Source: Octopus vulgaris
Lineage: Eukaryota
Assembly: GCA_951406725.2 (NCBI GenBank)
Contig: OX597816.1
Location: forward strand, 145,266,001 to 145,330,000
DNA: 64,000 nucleotides
Reading direction: 5' to 3'
Each line of letters starts with the position of its first letter. Position 1 is the first letter of the stretch. This document shows positions 1 to 12,879 of the stretch, one piece after another. The translations under genes were made by a program, and so were the position numbers. A model generated the notes under the pieces. It searched no databases. It saw only the letters and a list, made by a program, of their open reading frames with translations, and was not told the DNA's origin.

Positions 1-78
1 ACACCCGGTCTGGGAATCGAAACGGCGATCCTCCGACTGCGAGTCCGCTGCCCTAACCACTGGGCAACTGCACCTCCA
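1..78 (-). mobile_element. 5' tRNA-derived head of a SINE (body lies outside the window)
   Basis: Reverse complement reads tggaggtgcagttgcccagtggttagggcagcggactcgcagtcggaggatcgccgtttcgattcccagaccggg, with A-box-like (ttgcccagtgg) and B-box-like (gtttcgattcc) motifs but no clean acceptor stem. Confidence 0.75.
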
Positions 79-736
79 TAACTTCTAATTATGCTTAGAC
101 AATATATGTAAATAGACGAAGAATCCTATATAAAATCTAGGAGTAATATGTTAATCTGAAATACAGGTTTACTGTTATCTAAGACGAGAATATACTGATC
201 CGTGGTAAAATAAAACGTAAAAAAGTCGAAATCTGCATAACGCAATTGCCTCATGTCGTTCGTGAAGAAGATGTCTGTTCTCACGTAATATGTTCAGGGA
301 CTACCTGCGTAGAGTGTGCGTAGTGCGACAAACTTGCTAAAGACTTCTGGTCCAATTAACATACCAGGGAGTATCATAGGAAATACTATTATCCATGAGA
401 ATTATATCCATGAAGATATAAGTCGCTAAAGCAGTGAAAGGTTTGTGCTGAATATTAGAAAATGAACTGACGTGCATTAAGTAGCGTGTTTTGAAATTAG
501 TGGAAGAGTCAATATATATTTATTTGTTGAATGTGTTAAATTACTATTGGCATTGTTGTTATTGCTGCTTATATGCCTACATTTGTCTATATTATTATTA
601 TCTTCAACATCAATGATGCTGTTATTACTGTTATTATGATTAGTGTTATTCCCATCATGATTATTCACATGAATGCGAATATCTGTAATCTCTCTAGTGT
701 TGGGAGAATCCTCATCCTCATCGTCGTCTCGTCATT

Positions 737-851
737 ACCACCACCACCACCACCACCACCATCATCATCATTAATATTATTATCATCAGCATCATCAGCA
801 TCATCAGCAGCAGTATCAGCAGCAGCAACAGTAGTATCAGCAGCAGCAGCA
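737..851. repeat. Compound trinucleotide microsatellite (CCA)n/(TCA)n/(GCA)n
   Basis: Directly visible; it explains the poly-P/S/A ORFs. Confidence 0.9.
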
Positions 852-2649
852 AAACTAACGCCGACCCTGATATAATAATTGATAACTTTTAAACTTAGTT
901 TCACTTTTGGGTTCAATCAAGTTATTTTTTTTCGCGGTCTGGTATAGCGTGAAGTGTTACCATTTTTATTCGTACATCTAATATTGCCACTAGTGACATA
1001 ACATCATTATTATTACAATAGCCACTGTAACCAAGTATATAACAACTACTATTATAGGGTAGACCAAACTGCATAATGATTAGGCAAAGTTTCCGCACAT
1101 TGAAAGACACAATTATAAATCCAAGACGTGTAGTAAGAAAAATGCGAGACCAACTTAATATTAAAGTATAGTCTAATTAAATATAGTCTAATATATATTT
1201 TGAGAAGGGGAATTAGCTTATAGAATATTGAAGAAGAATCTACGCACTATTTCAACTTGTAAACAAATGTAAGTGTAAACCATTGAACTGTTCGTTTTCT
1301 CTTCTTATTGTAGGATGTGTTACTTGGGGAGAATCGCAATGGGTAATTTGAGTTTTAGGTTCTTCTATGCAGATTAACGTGAGCAAAACTGGAGATAAGT
1401 TGTTAGTGTTAGTATAATGCTTAGTAAATGGAAATTCTTGCGGGAATGATAATTAGAGGTAAATTATTGTTATTTGTCACAATCTTATCTATATAGAAAT
1501 ACGCCAAGGCCGAATACATTACGTTGTCACGTGGTTAGTTGAAGGGAAAGGCGACAAGACAGTGAAAAAGAGAGAGAGACGTATTAACGACGCGAGGTAA
1601 AGGAAAGTAAAAGTTATTACGTGTACATGATTAAAATGTTAGTTGAAGAAAGATATGTTTGAGAAAGAGAAGTTAGAAATACGATGTTTAACAAGAGAAA
1701 GACTGAGAGGGTAAGGGCAACAACGTAAAGGGAAGCAGGGGGTTGAATCACTAGGACGGGGGCAGCGAAGAAGGGAAAATAGGAATTAAAGAGAATACAG
1801 TAAGTATTTACCACAGATAAGAGAACAAGTTCAAGATAGTATAGGGGTGATGTTAATGAAATGGAGAGATAGAGGAGGGAGAGAGGGGAGAAAGAGTGAG
1901 AGGGGGAGAAGGAGAGAGAGTAGAGAGAGAGAGAGAAGTAGTGTGCGAAGCAGCTTAAGTGTTGAGTAGTTACGTTATTGCTAGCTAATGAATTACGCTA
2001 TCACGTTGTTAGTGAAATTTTGAGATGAAAATAAACAAAGGGAGAAATGATGACAACGTGAAGAAGGGAAGGAATTCCAACCATGTTTTGTGGTTCACTA
2101 CCTCAACAGCTCCTTTATAGGATCCAGTGGCTAAAGACATCATCAGGAGGAATCTCGTCCGGTTTCGTCCCCTACTCCTCTACCGTTTTCGATGTGGCGG
2201 GGCTCCCTCTTTCGGCTCTGGTGTTGAGTGCGTTTCTTCTCTCTCCTGTTTTCTTTTGTTCTTTGGTTTCTTCGATGCAGTGTCAACGAATGTCAGCGGG
2301 CGAATGACCATCCTGCCAAATCTTCCTTTAAATACTCGCCGGCAGGCTCCACCAGCTAGTACCAGCTAACTGTCAGCTGACACTGTCTAAGCTTCAATTG
2401 ACCAATGGAGGGGTAGGGCGCGTAGTTTTATCACGGCACCCTCTCTAAACCTGCATTCCAACTGTGTCGTGTTAGTTTCAGTTCCAGCAACCAGAGCCGA
2501 CCAGCTGTTAGGTAGTACAAGCCTTCGAACCAGGAGGCGGGCGCGCTATGAAAGAAATCGCTACCTTAGCCCACCTTGTCAATCAACGATGTTGCTTCAC
2601 CTAGCGACGTTAAGGCTTTCAAGCTATTTTGGGTCTTCTCGTTTCAGCC

Positions 2650-3290
2650 ATATATAGAAACTGGCTTTGTCGACTGCATCCTGTATCCTCTTTGTTACTT
2701 TTCTCAGTACTGAGCTCGAAAATGCAAACCTTCTTTTAAATAACGTCGCCATTTTCTTTTCAATGAAGCCTCTAGCTCCCACTGCCAGGTAGTAATACTT
2801 GACAGTCCATCCCTGTTCTCTGGACTCTTCGATTGATCTATCATACTTCTCCTTCCGTTGCTCTGCATTAGCGATGTTCTCTTCTCATGACACTGTCAGC
2901 TCTAGCGAAATTCCACATTTCCATTCTGTGTTCCATAGGATTAAGTCCGGTCTTTTTGTTGTTTTTATGAGTGGAAATATTACGTCATTCTAAATCCACG
3001 GCCAGCTCCCAGTATCCCTTCCGTCTTTCGTCTGTCTCGTATACTTTATTTGAAGGCCTGGTCTTATGTCTTTTTCTCTCCTTCTGGAAGTATATTTTCC
3101 CGTGCTTTTCCACTTTTGGACACTGTAGTCTATTGTGTCTCTCGATCTTTTCCTTGAGTGCTTCACTTATGACACCGAGGACTTGATTGTGACGCCATGT
3201 CTATCTGTCTAGTGCTAGCCTGCAGTTTGGCAGAATATGTCTCAGCGTCGCTTTCTTTCCGCATCTACATTCAGCAGTTGTTATCATTCA
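2650..3290 (-). mobile_element. HERO/NeSL-like RLE non-LTR retrotransposon 3' remnant
   Basis: Minus-strand translation with stops and frameshifts gives CRCGKKATLRHILPNCRLALDR*TWRHNQVL (CCHC knuckle) and PDLILWN..LELTVS*EENIANAEQRKEKY..GWTVKYYYLAVGARGF (PD-(D/E)xK RLE motifs). Confidence 0.8.
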
Positions 3291-4099
3291 TCAGTTGTTC
3301 TTAATATAAGAGGTGGAGAGAATAAGAGAGGGGTAAATACAAAGTGTTTAGCTGTAAGAAATTTTAAACATCATATATTAGTGTGACTGATAAGAAAATG
3401 ACATTTTAATATTTAAGTTTTATATCTTCTATCTGTCGGTCTATTTATCTACCTGTGCACATCGACAGTGAAAAGAAGGCTTATATTAGATACAATAATA
3501 ACTTACCAAAGATAGAAAGATAGATTTTTCAATGAAAGTCAATTATCTTAGCAAAATATCAGTGGACGTTATATTTTATTTGTTATTTGAACTTTGTATT
3601 GTCAGAATAGATAGATACATCGACAAAAATAAAAGTAGATACAAACAAACAGCTGAAAGGAACTGAACTGAAATGAAAATAACCTTGGTTGGTAAACAGC
3701 TTAGACTAAGCTTTGTTACTGGAAACTATAATTATGTTCATATTAGTGGTGGTGGTAATGGTGGTGCTGATGGTGGTGCTGATGATGGTGATTGTAGTGA
3801 TGATGATATTGATGGAAGTGGAGGTGATGGTGGTGAGTGGATTGTGAAAAGTAGTTTTTTTTAATTGAACTAGATTATTTTATATCGCACGCATTAGTGA
3901 AATTATTTATCTCATAGGCATTAACGCAATTATTTATCATCTGCTCGCTTGAAAATTGAAAGTTTTCTTTTTATGAAATATAAATGACAAACGATATAAA
4001 CTAACAAGAGAAAGTCTGAGGCAATATAGGCAACGACGCAATAGAACATTTTCAAGATATTATAGAAAATGAGAAAGTGATAGAATGTCACCTGTAAAC

Positions 4100-4255
4100 T
4101 TATGGTTGAAATTTACAACATTGGTGACATGAATATTCTCTGTAATCATTGTGAAGCTCTAAGATTTAGAAATGGACCTCAAAATTTCTAGCGGAATGGG
4201 AAAGTGATGCTCCTTCAAGTACAGCCTTATCCAGAAGAACCGAAAAGATTTTAAA
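4100..4255 (+). mobile_element. Helitron Rep/Hel N-terminal zinc-binding remnant
   Basis: Translates to VEIYNIGDMNILCNHCEALRFRNGPQNF*RNGKVMLLQVQPYPEEP, matching the Helitron G.M...C..C.A......CC..GKV.L....P motif. A possible 5' TC terminus (tctatatagaaat) lies near 1489. Confidence 0.6.
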
Positions 4256-4979
4256 CGAAAATAATTCAGAGTATACAATTTCAAAAGAAACACTAATTTT
4301 TTTGCGGCTCTATATGAACTTACAACCAGCTTAAAATAAATTCTTACAACCAGCTAAAAATAAATTCGTATTTACTGTGGAATTTCTATTGGCACTGCTA
4401 GTTAATATTAATGATCTTATTAGGACTGACAACAACAGATATAGTTGTGCAGATATAGTTGTTCAACCATAATTTTGAATCTGGTGTCTGAGATGCAATA
4501 TTTTTTCTATCCGAGAAACTATCAGTAAACCGTGTCTGAATATAGTAATTGACGTTATTGCTGAAGATATCTTCATTTGCAGAAAGATTAGGTATATTAA
4601 TAGAAATGCTATTAAGAACTGGATTTAGGATGGACATATGGGGATTAGATTTAACAGGCATTCTTTAATTTTACGAAAGGAAAATTATAAACCTGAATTT
4701 AGTTCAAAAGTAACATCTAAAAAGTAAGCTACTTTAAGTTGAAATAAATATCAGAGATGCTTTGCCCTGTGTAGAAACTGGGAGATACTCTGAGGTTTTT
4801 CAAGCTTTTCTTCTAAATTCATTGCAATATTGAAAACCGTTCCTTATTGTCAGTACGTAACGCGAATTCATTAGCGTTTCGCTTCTTAACCAGTACGCTT
4901 CACCTGAGTTGGGTAGTGAGGCCTAAACTAGTCTTCACTTGCCGAAGGTTTCTATTTGCAGTTTCTTAGGAACCATAGG

Positions 4980-5400
4980 CTCTTTCAGCTGGTGTCAGCC
5001 AACTTGCTGAATTTTTAAAGTTAAGTAGGTTCCGCTCAGTCTTCTGAAGGAAACAACTCACGGAGTACCACAGAAAGCCGCAGCAGCCGATTTCAATAGG
5101 GAATATAGCTGTATGTCACTTTTTGACAAGGACTTTGTCGACAAAATTCTGATATTTGGTATTCTTTACTGACGCGAAATATCGAAACTGTCCACTCAAA
5201 GCACTGTGCATTTAATCTCTATTGTTCTTGTACTCCTCGGCAGGAAGGAACCTGTCTGATCGGAGTGATGTTATTGCTGTCTCATCTAGGTGTATGAAGC
5301 TGTTATTCATGTATACTCGCATCTCCCAGTCTGAGGCTTCATGCAAAATAGAAAACAGGTCGCTTACCGTTGCTTTCGTTTTTGGAGCCTTGAGTCTCAT
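4980..5400 (-). mobile_element. Second HERO-like RLE endonuclease remnant
   Basis: Minus-strand frames give TSLRSDRFL..IEIKCTVL..KNTKYQNFV..FPIEIGCCGF, a degenerate RPD..ELTVP..K..KY..PIEIG.RGF. Confidence 0.6.
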
Positions 5401-5409
5401 TCCTCAGTG

Positions 5410-5897
5410 AATCATATATCTAAAAAACAAGCACAAGCTAAAGCATAGAGCAGTAAGGTATTTATATGTAGTTAAGAGTATGTCTGATCATAGAGTGACC
5501 AATGGCTTCACAATCACAGACTCTTAAGCCGGAGACAAATGTAGAGTTTCAAATCTGGAAGGCAGGAATCCGTTACGGTCATTTCGTGAGAAAGTCAAAA
5601 TAAATAAATACCCCGGCGTCAGCGGGGACGGCTTATGTCCACTTGATCAGTTCATCCGGGCCAAAAGAATAAGAACAGGGGAGTTTTCACTTGCACTGCT
5701 ATTAAATTGTAAGGATTCTTCTGGGTCTAATCGGAGAACACGGAATCTCATGATTGCAGCAGGTAGCGTTCGAAATGGAAATAAGGACTGTAAATTTCTT
5801 GGCGAGTGTTCAGTGATCCATTTTCAGGGTATCTTTGAGTGTCCTTGCTCGCTCAGCTTTACAAAGGTTGCAGCGTTCGCTCCCGTTTGTGGCTAGA
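5410..5897 (-). mobile_element. Penelope-like element 3' end (GIY-YIG C-terminus plus pLTR), copy 1
   Basis: Minus strand encodes LATNGSERCNLCKAERARTLKD../LNTRQEIYSPYFHFERYLLQS*, homologous to the tail of the Neptune ORF at 29514 (YTNGSGRCGLCDMER..LNTRTELFGSCPH). A decayed HHR lies at 5492-5524. Confidence 0.75.
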
Positions 5898-6619
5898 ACA
5901 ATTCAAACTTTTTGAGGAGTCCTAAAAGAGAGAAAATAATTGCTAATAAAAGTTCATGTTCAGAAATATCTTGCTAGAGCAAGCAGTAAGAATATGGAAA
6001 TAACAATTGAAAAAGTTCGTTATAGGTATAAATATAGCATAAAACAATTATAAAATGGAGAAAAGATGTTAAAAAATTAAAATTAGATTTAAAAAGTACA
6101 TACGAACGTTTCAATGGGCAATATAAATATGTAAGAAAAAGTAATAATAATAACAATTATAATTATAGCTATGTATTATCATTCTCGTCAGTGTGAGGAA
6201 TTTAAGGAAAAACATCCAAGAAAGTTATTACTAAAAATCATTTTAGATTTAATAAGTACATACGAACGTTTCAATGGGCAATATAAATAAAAAGAAATCA
6301 TTTTAGATTTAATAAGTACATACGGACCTTTCAATGGGCAATATAAATAAGTAAGAAAAAAAACTATAATAACAATTATGATTATAGTTATGTATTATCA
6401 TTCTCGTCAGAGTGAGGAATTTAAGGAAAAACATCCAAGAAAGTTATTACTAAAAATCAATTTCATGGTATCTTTGAGTGTCCTTGCTCGCTCAGCTATA
6501 CAAAGGTTGCAGCGTTCGTTCCCGTTTGTGGCTAGGCCCTTCTTGGATGCGCGACCATTGGTCACTGTAATACCGGGCATATACTTAACTACACCGCCCC
6601 ACCCACACATATAATTGTG

Positions 6620-6653
<34 letters not shown>

Positions 6654-6748
6654 AGTATTATTGCCGTTATTAATAGCAATAACAAGGTAATAATAACGTG
6701 ACTAGCAAGTTCACAGTTACAAACAAAATATAGGATAAATTTAGGTAC

Positions 6749-7122
6749 AGTAGTGTATATAATACCAAGTACCACTGGCTAACATCACAGTTAATGCTCC
6801 AAAATCCACCATAAACTCACGATAAAGATACACACGAGCAATGCAATGAACATATGAGAAATAGGCTTACATTTTCATTGAATACATAAGTAAGTAATGC
6901 ATATTTCAATATCAATTGATCTTACGCTTTGCATGGCAAACATACTCTACTATCTTCAGTTGAAAATAACATTTTTACATCTATTTCTAAAATATTCACT
7001 ACATTAGCACGACTGCGTTCTTTACATTAAACGTCCCACTCGCGTGTATCTTTATCGTGAGTATATGGTGGATTTTGGAGCATTGACTCTGATTTTAGCC
7101 AGTTGGGTGTTATATACCCTAC
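6749..7122. mobile_element. MITE-like element with about 80-bp terminal inverted repeats
   Basis: 6774-6838 (actggctaacatcacagttaatgctccaaaatccaccataaactcacgataaagatacacacgag) is the near-perfect reverse complement of 7039-7103, separated by a 200-bp AT-rich spacer. Confidence 0.75.
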
Positions 7123-7171
7123 AAAATTTAAATTTACTATGCACACACACACACACATATATATATAAATA

Positions 7172-7544
7172 TCTATTATATAAAATCCGTTCTGTCTGTG
7201 TATCTTCTAGGATATCGGGCATCAAATTTGCGCTCAAATTTGATATGTAAATACTGATGGTATCAAGGTGTGTATAAGTCTTGAAAAAATTACAAAAATC
7301 GATTCCAGGTGAGAATGCGATCGATAAAGCCGTGGGAATGTGCATTTGTACGCGCAAGTACATCAGCTGTTGTGATCGATACTACAGGTACGCGAGAAAA
7401 ATGCACGTGCAGTTTGCGCAAAAAAAGCCGGCTGGCTTGAAATAATGCCACAAAATGAGACGGTCGGACAAGTTGTTTTGAGAAAATTTGGTTTAAATGT
7501 TTGACATCTTGGCACCATACACTGGACCCGGGCGTTTTGCTCGT
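7172..7544 (+). mobile_element. Non-autonomous Helitron-like element
   Basis: 5' TCTATTATATAAAA followed by tctgtctgtg; 3' GC-rich cccgggc, then ctcgt (a degenerate CTAGT). Confidence 0.55.
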
Positions 7545-8184
7545 GAATATATATATAGAAATATATATGTGTGTGTGGGGTTACGGATATGTGTGTGTGG
7601 GTTACAGATAAAATTAGGGAAAAGCAGCATTGTTACACATGAAACTAGAAGTAAATAAAATAGAAAAAGAAATAATTCGCATTTTCTGATTTAACAAAAC
7701 AAATAACTATTCATTTCGTGTACTCTAACATGATGGGGAAAAATACAATACGCATAAAATTGTCACATTTCAAAATTCCTCGTGATTGATATATCATTAA
7801 AATTTGTCTCACACACACACCCAAACATGCGCGCGCACACACGCACACACAGAGACTAACACACACATAATCACACATACAAGCCAAGCATAATACACAC
7901 AAAAACACACACACACCGCCCCTCAGTTTTATATATATGAGGGAGGGAATTCAACATCAGTACATCACCAAGAGTATTGTTCCTTGAATCAACAATGCAA
8001 CCAAGTTATACGATCGTTCGCATTGTTTACCCTGGAAAGAGGGTTTTCTGCCACCATGGGCCCTATACTCATGTGAAAAGTTTTAAGAGTCTAAAACCAT
8101 CTTTGGAACATAAGCAATGTATGTTCTCTGTTTGGAGAAAATTAGTTGCGATAGTTGTGATATATATATATATATATATCGTCA

Positions 8185-8684
8185 TTGTATCATATATCCC
8201 CAAAATAAGCACATTCTAAAGCATAGAGCAAGCACTAAGGTATTTATATGTAGTTAAGCCTATGTCTGATCATAGTGTGACCAATGGTTTCGCATTCACT
8301 CGTCAGACACATAAGCCGAAGAAACATGTAGTGCTTCACCTCTAGGACGCAGGAATCCGTTACAACCATTTGGTCAGAAATTTAAAATAAATAAATACTC
8401 CGGCTTCAGCGGAAAGGGCTTATCTCCATTAGACCTGTTCATCCGGGTTAAAAGAAGGGGAGCAGGGGAGTTTTCACTTGCGTTACTTTTAGATTGTAAG
8501 GACTCTTCTGGGTCTAATCGGAGAACACAGAATCCTATGGTTGCAGCAGGTAGCGTTTGAAATGGATGCAAGAACTGAAAATTTCTTGGCAAGTGTTCAG
8601 TGATTCAGTTTTTAGGAAGTCTTTGAGCGTCCTTGCTCGCTCAGCTATATAATGGCTGCAGCGTTCGCTTCGGTTTGTGGCTAA
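8185..8684 (-). mobile_element. Penelope-like element 3' end (GIY-YIG C-terminus plus pLTR), copy 2
   Basis: Diverged paralogue of 5410-5897. Minus strand encodes ..ESLNTCQEIFSSCIHFKRYLLQP*, and it carries an intact HHR at 8275-8310. Confidence 0.78.
8275..8310 (-). ncRNA. Minimal type I hammerhead ribozyme
   Basis: Minus strand reads GUGU CUGACGA GUGAAUGC GAAA CCAUUGG UC ACAC: complete core, stem I GUGU/ACAC, near-palindromic stem III, GUC cleavage triplet. Confidence 0.85.
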
Positions 8685-9710
8685 GATACCATTTTGTCAC
8701 TTTAAGACTGGACATATACTTAACTACATATATATGAGAAAAATATAAGTTCAAGTAGAACAATTCAAACTTTTTGAGGAGTCCTAAAAGACAGAAAATA
8801 TTTTCTAATAAAAATTCATCATATTCAGAAATATCTTGCTAGAGCAAGCAATAAGAATATGGAAATAACAATTGAAAAAGTTCGTTATAGGTATAAATAT
8901 AGCATAAAACAATTATAAAAATGGAGAAAAGATGTTAAAAAATTAAAATTAGATTTAAAAAGTACATACGAACGTTTCAATGGGCAATATAAATATGTAA
9001 GAAAAAGTAATAATAATAACAATTATAATTATAGCTATGTATTATCATTCTCGTCAGTGTGAAGAATTTAAAGGAAAAAAAATCAAAAAGTATTAATAAA
9101 AATCAAGAAGGAAAAACAAAGGGGGTAATAGGAAAAATTTAACCGGATATTTACAAATAAGTTGTAAAAGGGAAAAATGAAGAGAAACGAAAAAGAATGT
9201 CATCTAAATGTGTATGCTAGTCTATTAATTATAATAATTATTACAATGATTTTTTTCTTACATATTTGTATTGCCCTTTGAAATATTCGTATGTACTTAT
9301 TAAATCTAATTTTGATTTAAAAAAATCTTTTCTCCATTTTTATAATTGTTTATGGTATCTTTATACATATAATAAACTTTTTCAATTAACTACACACCCA
9401 CTCACGCATATATATAGGGAGAGAGGGGGAGAGAGAAGATTATTTACCAACATAATGTGGCAAGGGAAATAAACAAGAATCCATTGGTACGCAGATATTA
9501 TTTTGAGCTGAGTGGGGTAGCGAAACTCCTTTCTTCGAAAACATAAGGACGCCGATAGTGTTGTGTCGTTTAGCCAGCCGGAGACGCTAAATAACAGTAA
9601 CAATCATCCTAATCAGGACTGCCATATTATGTTGACAAAAAGTCTTTACTCTAGAGTACTGTTACTGAATATCTCTCGTTCAGAGATTTAGAAATAATAA
9701 TTTTATGTAC

Positions 9711-9747
<37 letters not shown>

Positions 9748-10339
9748 TATATAGGTAGGTTACAGATAAAATTAGGGAAAAGCAGCACTGTTACAAATGA
9801 AACAAGTAATAATTGGAATGGAAAAAGAAATAATTCGCATTTTCTGATTTAACAAAACAAATAACTATTCATTCCCTGTACACTGTCGCATGATGTGAAA
9901 AAATACAATACATAAAATTGCAGCTTCGTCTTGATTGATATATCATTAAAACTTGTCACGCGCACATATATACGCACAGAAACAAACACACACACACTCA
10001 CACAAACACGCACACAAACACAAATAGACGCACGCACATACACACACACGCGCACACACAAGCACACACATATTTTTTGTTGCAGTGCAGACATACACCT
10101 CCATTCAAAATAATTTCTCTAGCGAAACTTTTCAAATAGATAATTGTACTTTTGTTTACTGTTGCTGGTGAGTTACTAATTTTAATAAGAAATGTCTTAT
10201 TTTCAACAATGGTAGCTTAATATATATTTTAACGTTGATGTTGGAAACTGTAGAACTTTTCGAAGAGTTTTACTTATTATTAGCCAGTAAATTACATCTT
10301 TTCGAAATTCCTCTTGAATGTTCTACCCATATCATATTT

Positions 10340-10562
<223 letters not shown>

Positions 10563-10836
10563 CAAACATAAATAGCTATTCATATATTCCTTTTCTGAAA
10601 ATGTTCCACTAGATAATCAGATATTAGATAGCTTAATATGTTTAAAAATATGTTTTTAACGACATTATATAAGCCTTTTTCAAGGCGCATTTTTTCTTAC
10701 ATTTAAATAACTTGCAACGCGCCAATTTATTACCAATAATCTCTGTTGCTGGTGGCTTTGTTTCTAACGTCGCAGCTGTTGTCACTTATCTTTTTCATTG
10801 CTCATTGCAAGTAAAAACTGTGGATATATATATATA

Positions 10837-12114
10837 CGAGGGGCGTTCAATAAGTAATGCCCCTGACCCACTTCCCATAGCAGTACAGCAACGACACTTG
10901 GCACAGTTATTAGTCTTTTTCTACATAGGAACCACCCAGAGTTACGCATTTCTCCCATTGTTTGATGCAGCTCTGGAGACCGTTTTTGTAGAAGATCCCA
11001 GCTTGGTCCTCCAACCTGAACGTGACTTCAGAAATCAAGGCTGCATCATCTGTGAAACGCTTTCCTTTCAAAAACAACTTCATGACTGGGAAGAGGTGAA
11101 AATCAGAGGGTGCAAGGTCAGGAAAGTAGGGGGATGGGGGAGGAGTCCATAGCCATACGTCTGTGCTTCTGACCTGGCGACAAGCGAGTTGTGGACCGGA
11201 GCGTTGTCTTGCAGGAGGAGGATGCCTTTGCTGATCTTGCCCCGCCTCTTGATTTTGATAACTTCTCTTAATTTCCTCAAAAGTGAAGCATAATAAGCTC
11301 CTGCAATTGTGGTACCCTTTGCCAGGAAATCTGTCATCACTACTCCGTCCTGGTCCCAGAAGACTGTGAGCATGACCTTGCCAGCGGAGGGCTGCACCCT
11401 TGCCTTCTTTGGAGGAGGTGAGTCACGGTGCTTCCACTGCATTGACTGGGCTTTGGTCTCTGTGTTATCGTGATGGACCCATGTTTCATCCTGTGCAATC
11501 AGTCTTTTTAAAAATTTTGACTCATCTTCTTGGCACATCTCCAAATTCACCCTCGAGCACTCGACGCGTTCTTGCTTCTGGAAAGGCGTGAGCAACCTGG
11601 GAATCCATCTGGCAGACACCTTTTGCACATGCAAATGGTCATGAATGATAGTTTCCACAGACCCGGTACTAATCTTGACCTCATGGGCTATTTGGCGAAT
11701 AATTATGCGTCGATCTTCCAAAATGGCAGCCTCAACTTGACGGACAGATACCTTATCAATGGCAGAAGGGGCGACCAGATCTGGGAGCTGTTTCCACAGA
11801 GTTCCGACCATGTTTGAATTCACGATGCCAGCGTTTTACAAGGTCATATGATGGGGCATCATCACCTATAAGTTACTTTCATTTCATCAAAAGTCTCCCG
11901 TGGTGTGCGTCCTTTCAAATACAAAAACCGGATCACTGTTCGACACTCAACAGGCTCCATTTCACACTTGACTCGGTTCAAACACCTGTAAATCAGAAAC
12001 CACAATTAATTTGCCACTTACTCTATAGAGATATAAATGACTGCACATGCAAAATTTCAGCTAGATCAAACAACTGCAAGTGGGTCAGAGGCATTACTTA
12101 TTGAACGTCCCTCG
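10837..12114 (-). mobile_element. Full-length mariner (Tc1/mariner) transposon, 1278 bp
   Basis: TIRs cgaggggcgttcaataagtaatgcccctgaccca / tgggtcagaggcattacttattgaacgtccctcg, flanked by TA inside a (TA)n tract. Confidence 0.95.
10910..11960 (-). pseudogene. Mariner transposase pseudogene (frameshifted)
   Basis: Begins MEPVECRTVIRFLYLKG. Motifs WIPRLLT, DETWVHH and LLQDNAPVH are present, the YSPDLAPSDF motif is frameshifted, and the ORF ends GSYVEKD*. Confidence 0.92.
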
Positions 12115-12147
12115 TATATATATATATAGACGCATACATACATATAT

Positions 12148-12424
<277 letters not shown>

Positions 12425-12464
12425 GCATATGTGTATATATGGGGTTATGTCCTTTATATTTATC

Positions 12465-12740
12465 GTGTTCTTTTGCCGAACCGCTACGTTAGGGGGACGT
12501 AAACACACCAACACCAGTTGTCAAGCGGTGGGGGAGGGACAAACACAGACACAAACACACGCACACACATACATGTGCGTACACACTCATATGATAGGCT
12601 TCTTTCAGTTTCCGTCAACTGAAACCACTCACATGGTTGGTCGGCCTATAGTAGAAGACACTTGCCCAAGGTGTCACGTAGTGGGACTGAACCCAGAACC
12701 TTGCGATTGGGAAGCACACTTTTTACCACAAAGCCACACT
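12465..12740 (-). mobile_element. tRNA-derived SINE (family A), inverted relative to 12148
   Basis: Reverse complement of the family A consensus (gaagacacttgcccaagg..gtgggactgaacc). Confidence 0.85.
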
Positions 12741-12879
12741 TGCAATAATTTAAAAAAAAATAATTACAGTCGTGCATTCTAACTTATCAAAAGGAAGAGC
12801 GGAAATATGTGAATTTTTATGCTCACCAGATGCTAGTGATAATAATTTAAAAATCCTCTGCACAACGTAATTTTCCAGA

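Noticed and set aside
4398-4661. 87-aa ORF as a host gene or viral fragment
   Set aside because: No recognisable motif or splice context; lies between TE remnants.
6184-6195. CUGACGA on the minus strand in the duplicated AT-rich block (also at about 6402 and 9050)
   Set aside because: No downstream GAAA or helices.
10712-11152. Plus-strand 146-aa ORF
   Set aside because: Antisense shadow of the mariner transposase.
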